Shown: in pieces, positions 15,060 through 17,222 of the stretch
How positions within the stretch are numbered: the stretch's first letter is position 1
Layout: each line of letters starts with the position of its first letter
Assembly (NCBI GenBank): GCA_030587475.2
Contig: JAUQYZ020000025.1
Span: 1-17,222, forward strand
Direction: 5' to 3'
DNA from: Candidatus Sigynarchaeum calidifontis
Lineage (GTDB): Archaea > Asgardarchaeota > Lokiarchaeia > Sigyniarchaeales > Sigyniarchaeaceae
DNA: 17,222 nt
The notes under the pieces: model-generated
What the model was told of the DNA's origin: nothing
Database searches by the model: none
The model's input: the letters and a program-made list of their open reading frames with translations, nothing else
Position numbers and translations under genes: made by a program

Positions 15060-16211
15060 ATGGCTGAGAAGATCCTCCTCAACAAGAAGCTATCGATCGA
15101 TTCCGATGACCGCAAGATCATGTCATTGCTTCAAGAAAACCCCGACCTGACCCACAGCGAGATCGCGGAAAAGATAAACAAGTCACAACCCGCTGTCGGC
15201 GCCCGTATCCTGAAACTGGAGCGAAAAGGGCTGCAAGCAACCCAATACGGCATCGATTTACGCGAGAACAAGCTGAGCATCGCCCTCGTCACCATGCACG
15301 CCAAGGATCCGAAAGCAGTGCTTGACATGATCACGTGCTGCCCCTACGTCATCAATGCTTTCAAGACGTCTGGAAAAACGAACGTTCTGGTATGGCTGGT
15401 CGGGTCGCGCCTCGAAAAACTCGAGGAAATCGTGGAAATCCATTTTCGCTCGAAATCCGATATCACGCACGTTAACATGTCGGTCGTGATCGAGACCATC
15501 AACAGGCTGGTGCTCCCGATCAACTTCAATTTCGAAAGTCATAACAACATCAAGTGCGGCGAGGGATGCCATGCGTTGTTGGCCGAACGGGCAGAGAGCG
15601 GTGCCGACTACGTGCCATTCAAGGGGGAAAGTGATGTCAACAAGGCTTTCAACATCGACGATGACGACAAGCGCATCATCATGTTCTTGCAAGGCAATCC
15701 CGAGATGACCCACTCGTCGATAGGCGAGAGGATCGGTAAATCGCAACCAGCTGTCGGTGCCCGCATCGCCAAGCTGAAGGACAAGAAATTTCTTGGCATT
15801 CAAAAGGGCGTGAACTTCCGTGTTGTCGACCAGTTCCATCTCGTGCAGGTTGCCATTTCCGCGCTCAACAGCACGAAAATACTCGAACGCATGCGGAAAT
15901 GCCCGTTCATCATCACGGGATTCCGGTCAACCGGGGACACATCGCTAGTCGTGTACATAGCAGGCCATACCCTCGAAAAAATAGATGACATCATCGATTT
16001 CTGCGTACGATCGGACGAAAATGTAAAGGAAATCGAAACTGCTATCGTCTTGAAGTATATGAAGGATTTAATATTACCGTACAATTTCGATTGCGATTTT
16101 CTAGAGGACATCGGTTGCTTGGAATGCAAGCATTGCAGCGCATTCGTGTCAAAGAAATTAACGGGCGATGCGGCCAAGGTGGTCTCTGGCAAGAGTTCGG
16201 GTGCCAATTGA
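15060..16211 (+). CDS. Tandem-duplicated Lrp/AsnC family transcriptional regulator (HTH-RAM-HTH-RAM) with Cys-rich tails
   Basis: Two repeats: IDSDDRKIMSLLQENPDLTHSEIAEKINKSQPAVGARI and IDDDDKRIIMFLQGNPEMTHSSIGERIGKSQPAVGARI, each followed by a RAM-like domain (CP...F.xSG/TG). The ATG at 15060 follows AGGTGA. Confidence 0.88.
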   Translation: MAEKILLNKKLSIDSDDRKIMSLLQENPDLTHSEIAEKINKSQPAVGARILKLERKGLQATQYGIDLRENKLSIALVTMHAKDPKAVLDMITCCPYVINAFKTSGKTNVLVWLVGSRLEKLEEIVEIHFRSKSDITHVNMSVVIETINRLVLPINFNFESHNNIKCGEGCHALLAERAESGADYVPFKGESDVNKAFNIDDDDKRIIMFLQGNPEMTHSSIGERIGKSQPAVGARIAKLKDKKFLGIQKGVNFRVVDQFHLVQVAISALNSTKILERMRKCPFIITGFRSTGDTSLVVYIAGHTLEKIDDIIDFCVRSDENVKEIETAIVLKYMKDLILPYNFDCDFLEDIGCLECKHCSAFVSKKLTGDAAKVVSGKSSGAN

Positions 16212-16443
16212 GGAAGCCAATAGCTCAATCTACAACTTTATGCCCCTTTTGTTCATTGCGTTACAAGGCTAGCGCGTTTCGAACCCGGGGATGATTAAAA
16301 ACAGACACGGTATTGTTCTTTTTTCACAAACGATTTTATCCCCCGAAATTTAGCCTTACTATATCGGTACCGCATTTCCTCCCGGCATCAAACATGAAAT
16401 CAACCGGGCGGGATGTGAACTGAAAAATGCGACGTGAAACGAA

Positions 16444-17222
16444 ATGGCGGCAGAATCTGAGATTTTTGACTTGATCATAATTGGCAGCGGTCCGGGCGGC
16501 TATCATGCCGCTTTGCGTGCCGGTCAATATGGCGCGAAGGTTGCCTTGGTAGAGAAACAGAACCTGGGTGGCACGTGCTCGAATTGGGGGTGCATCCCGA
16601 CCAAGGCTCTTTACGCGTCTGCAAAATTGCTGGAGGACGTGCAAGAAAAGGCGGCATCTGCAGGTGTGATAATCGAAGGGAATGTCAAGGCAGATTTCGC
16701 AGCGGCGGTTAATCGAAAGAATGAAGTCGTCAAGTCCCTTGTTGATGGCATCGCCGGGCTATTGAAGACCCGCAAGATCCCCGTCTTCTGGGGCTCGGGC
16801 AAGGTCGAAGGCGGTAGCATCGAAAAAGGATTCGATATAAGCGTCACGGCGAAGGACGGGAACAAGACGATGCTCAAGGGAAAGCGGGTCATCATCGCCA
16901 CGGGCTCCACCCCCGCCTTGATTCCGGCGTTCAACATCGACCACAAGAAAATCTTGACATCCGATGACATCTTGCATCCGGACTTCAAAACGCTACCGAA
17001 GACGATGATCATCATCGGTGGCGGTGTTATCGGATGCGAGTTCGCGAACATATTCGCACGCTTTGGAGTGAAAGTGACGATCCTAGAGTTCCTCGATACC
17101 ATCCTCGCCACAGAGGAGCAAGCGATCGTGCGAGAGCTCAAGAAGAAATTCGATGCGCTCGGTATTGCCGTCTTCACGGGCATTAACGTGTTTAAGATCG
17201 AAGCGACCGCAACTGGCGTCAA
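16444..17222 (+). CDS. lpdA: Dihydrolipoamide dehydrogenase (E3), N-terminal part, runs off the window edge
   Basis: Not in the ORF track; translated by hand: MAAESEIFDLIIIGSGPGGYHAALRAGQYGAKVALVEKQNLGGTCSNWGCIPTKAL (FAD motif and redox CxxxxC), IIATGS, and the NAD motif IIGGGVIGCEFA. Confidence 0.92.
   Translation, partial: MAAESEIFDLIIIGSGPGGYHAALRAGQYGAKVALVEKQNLGGTCSNWGCIPTKALYASAKLLEDVQEKAASAGVIIEGNVKADFAAAVNRKNEVVKSLVDGIAGLLKTRKIPVFWGSGKVEGGSIEKGFDISVTAKDGNKTMLKGKRVIIATGSTPALIPAFNIDHKKILTSDDILHPDFKTLPKTMIIIGGGVIGCEFANIFARFGVKVTILEFLDTILATEEQAIVRELKKKFDALGIAVFTGINVFKIEATATGV

Noticed and set aside
16270-16292. tRNA T-arm-like sequence (minus strand CCCGGGTTCGAAA)
   Set aside because: The T-stem does not close, and no acceptor, D or anticodon arms can be built.
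16336-17222. Minus-strand ORFs 16611..17222 and 16336..16644
   Set aside because: They are antisense to the clear lpdA reading frame.
1-17222. CRISPR arrays, IS elements, integrases, rRNA/tRNA genes
   Set aside because: No regularly spaced repeats, terminal inverted repeats, transposase/integrase motifs or RNA gene signatures were seen.

Overview
A gene-dense archaeal window, judged from TATA/BRE-type promoters, GGTGA/GAGG ribosome-binding sites, a group II chaperonin fold, IOR and a eukaryote-like PPP phosphatase. An Asgard/Loki-like host is my inference, not proven. In order it contains: a partial sodium:solute symporter with a small upstream 2-TM partner; a secreted, C-terminally anchored hypothetical protein; an HGSNAT/DUF1624-like transmembrane acyltransferase; a strongly degenerate thermosome-like protein; an aryl-acid module (iorA, iorB, two divergent PaaK-type CoA ligases, tandem-ACT protein); a YjjX-type ITP/XTPase; a PPP Ser/Thr phosphatase; a 2-TM protein with an acidic tail; an MFS transporter; a tandem-duplicated Cys-rich Lrp/AsnC regulator; and a partial dihydrolipoamide dehydrogenase. 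Four oddities stand out. (1) The chaperonin paralog has lost its ATPase motifs (GDGTT->GDLVK, catalytic Asp->Gly). (2) IorB carries an inserted 2x[4Fe-4S] ferredoxin domain. (3) iorB and iorA are in the same frame, separated by one TGA, with no canonical in-frame start for the IorA N-terminus. (4) An 18/20 direct repeat covers the RBS of the double-Lrp gene. No RNA genes, CRISPR arrays or mobile elements were seen.
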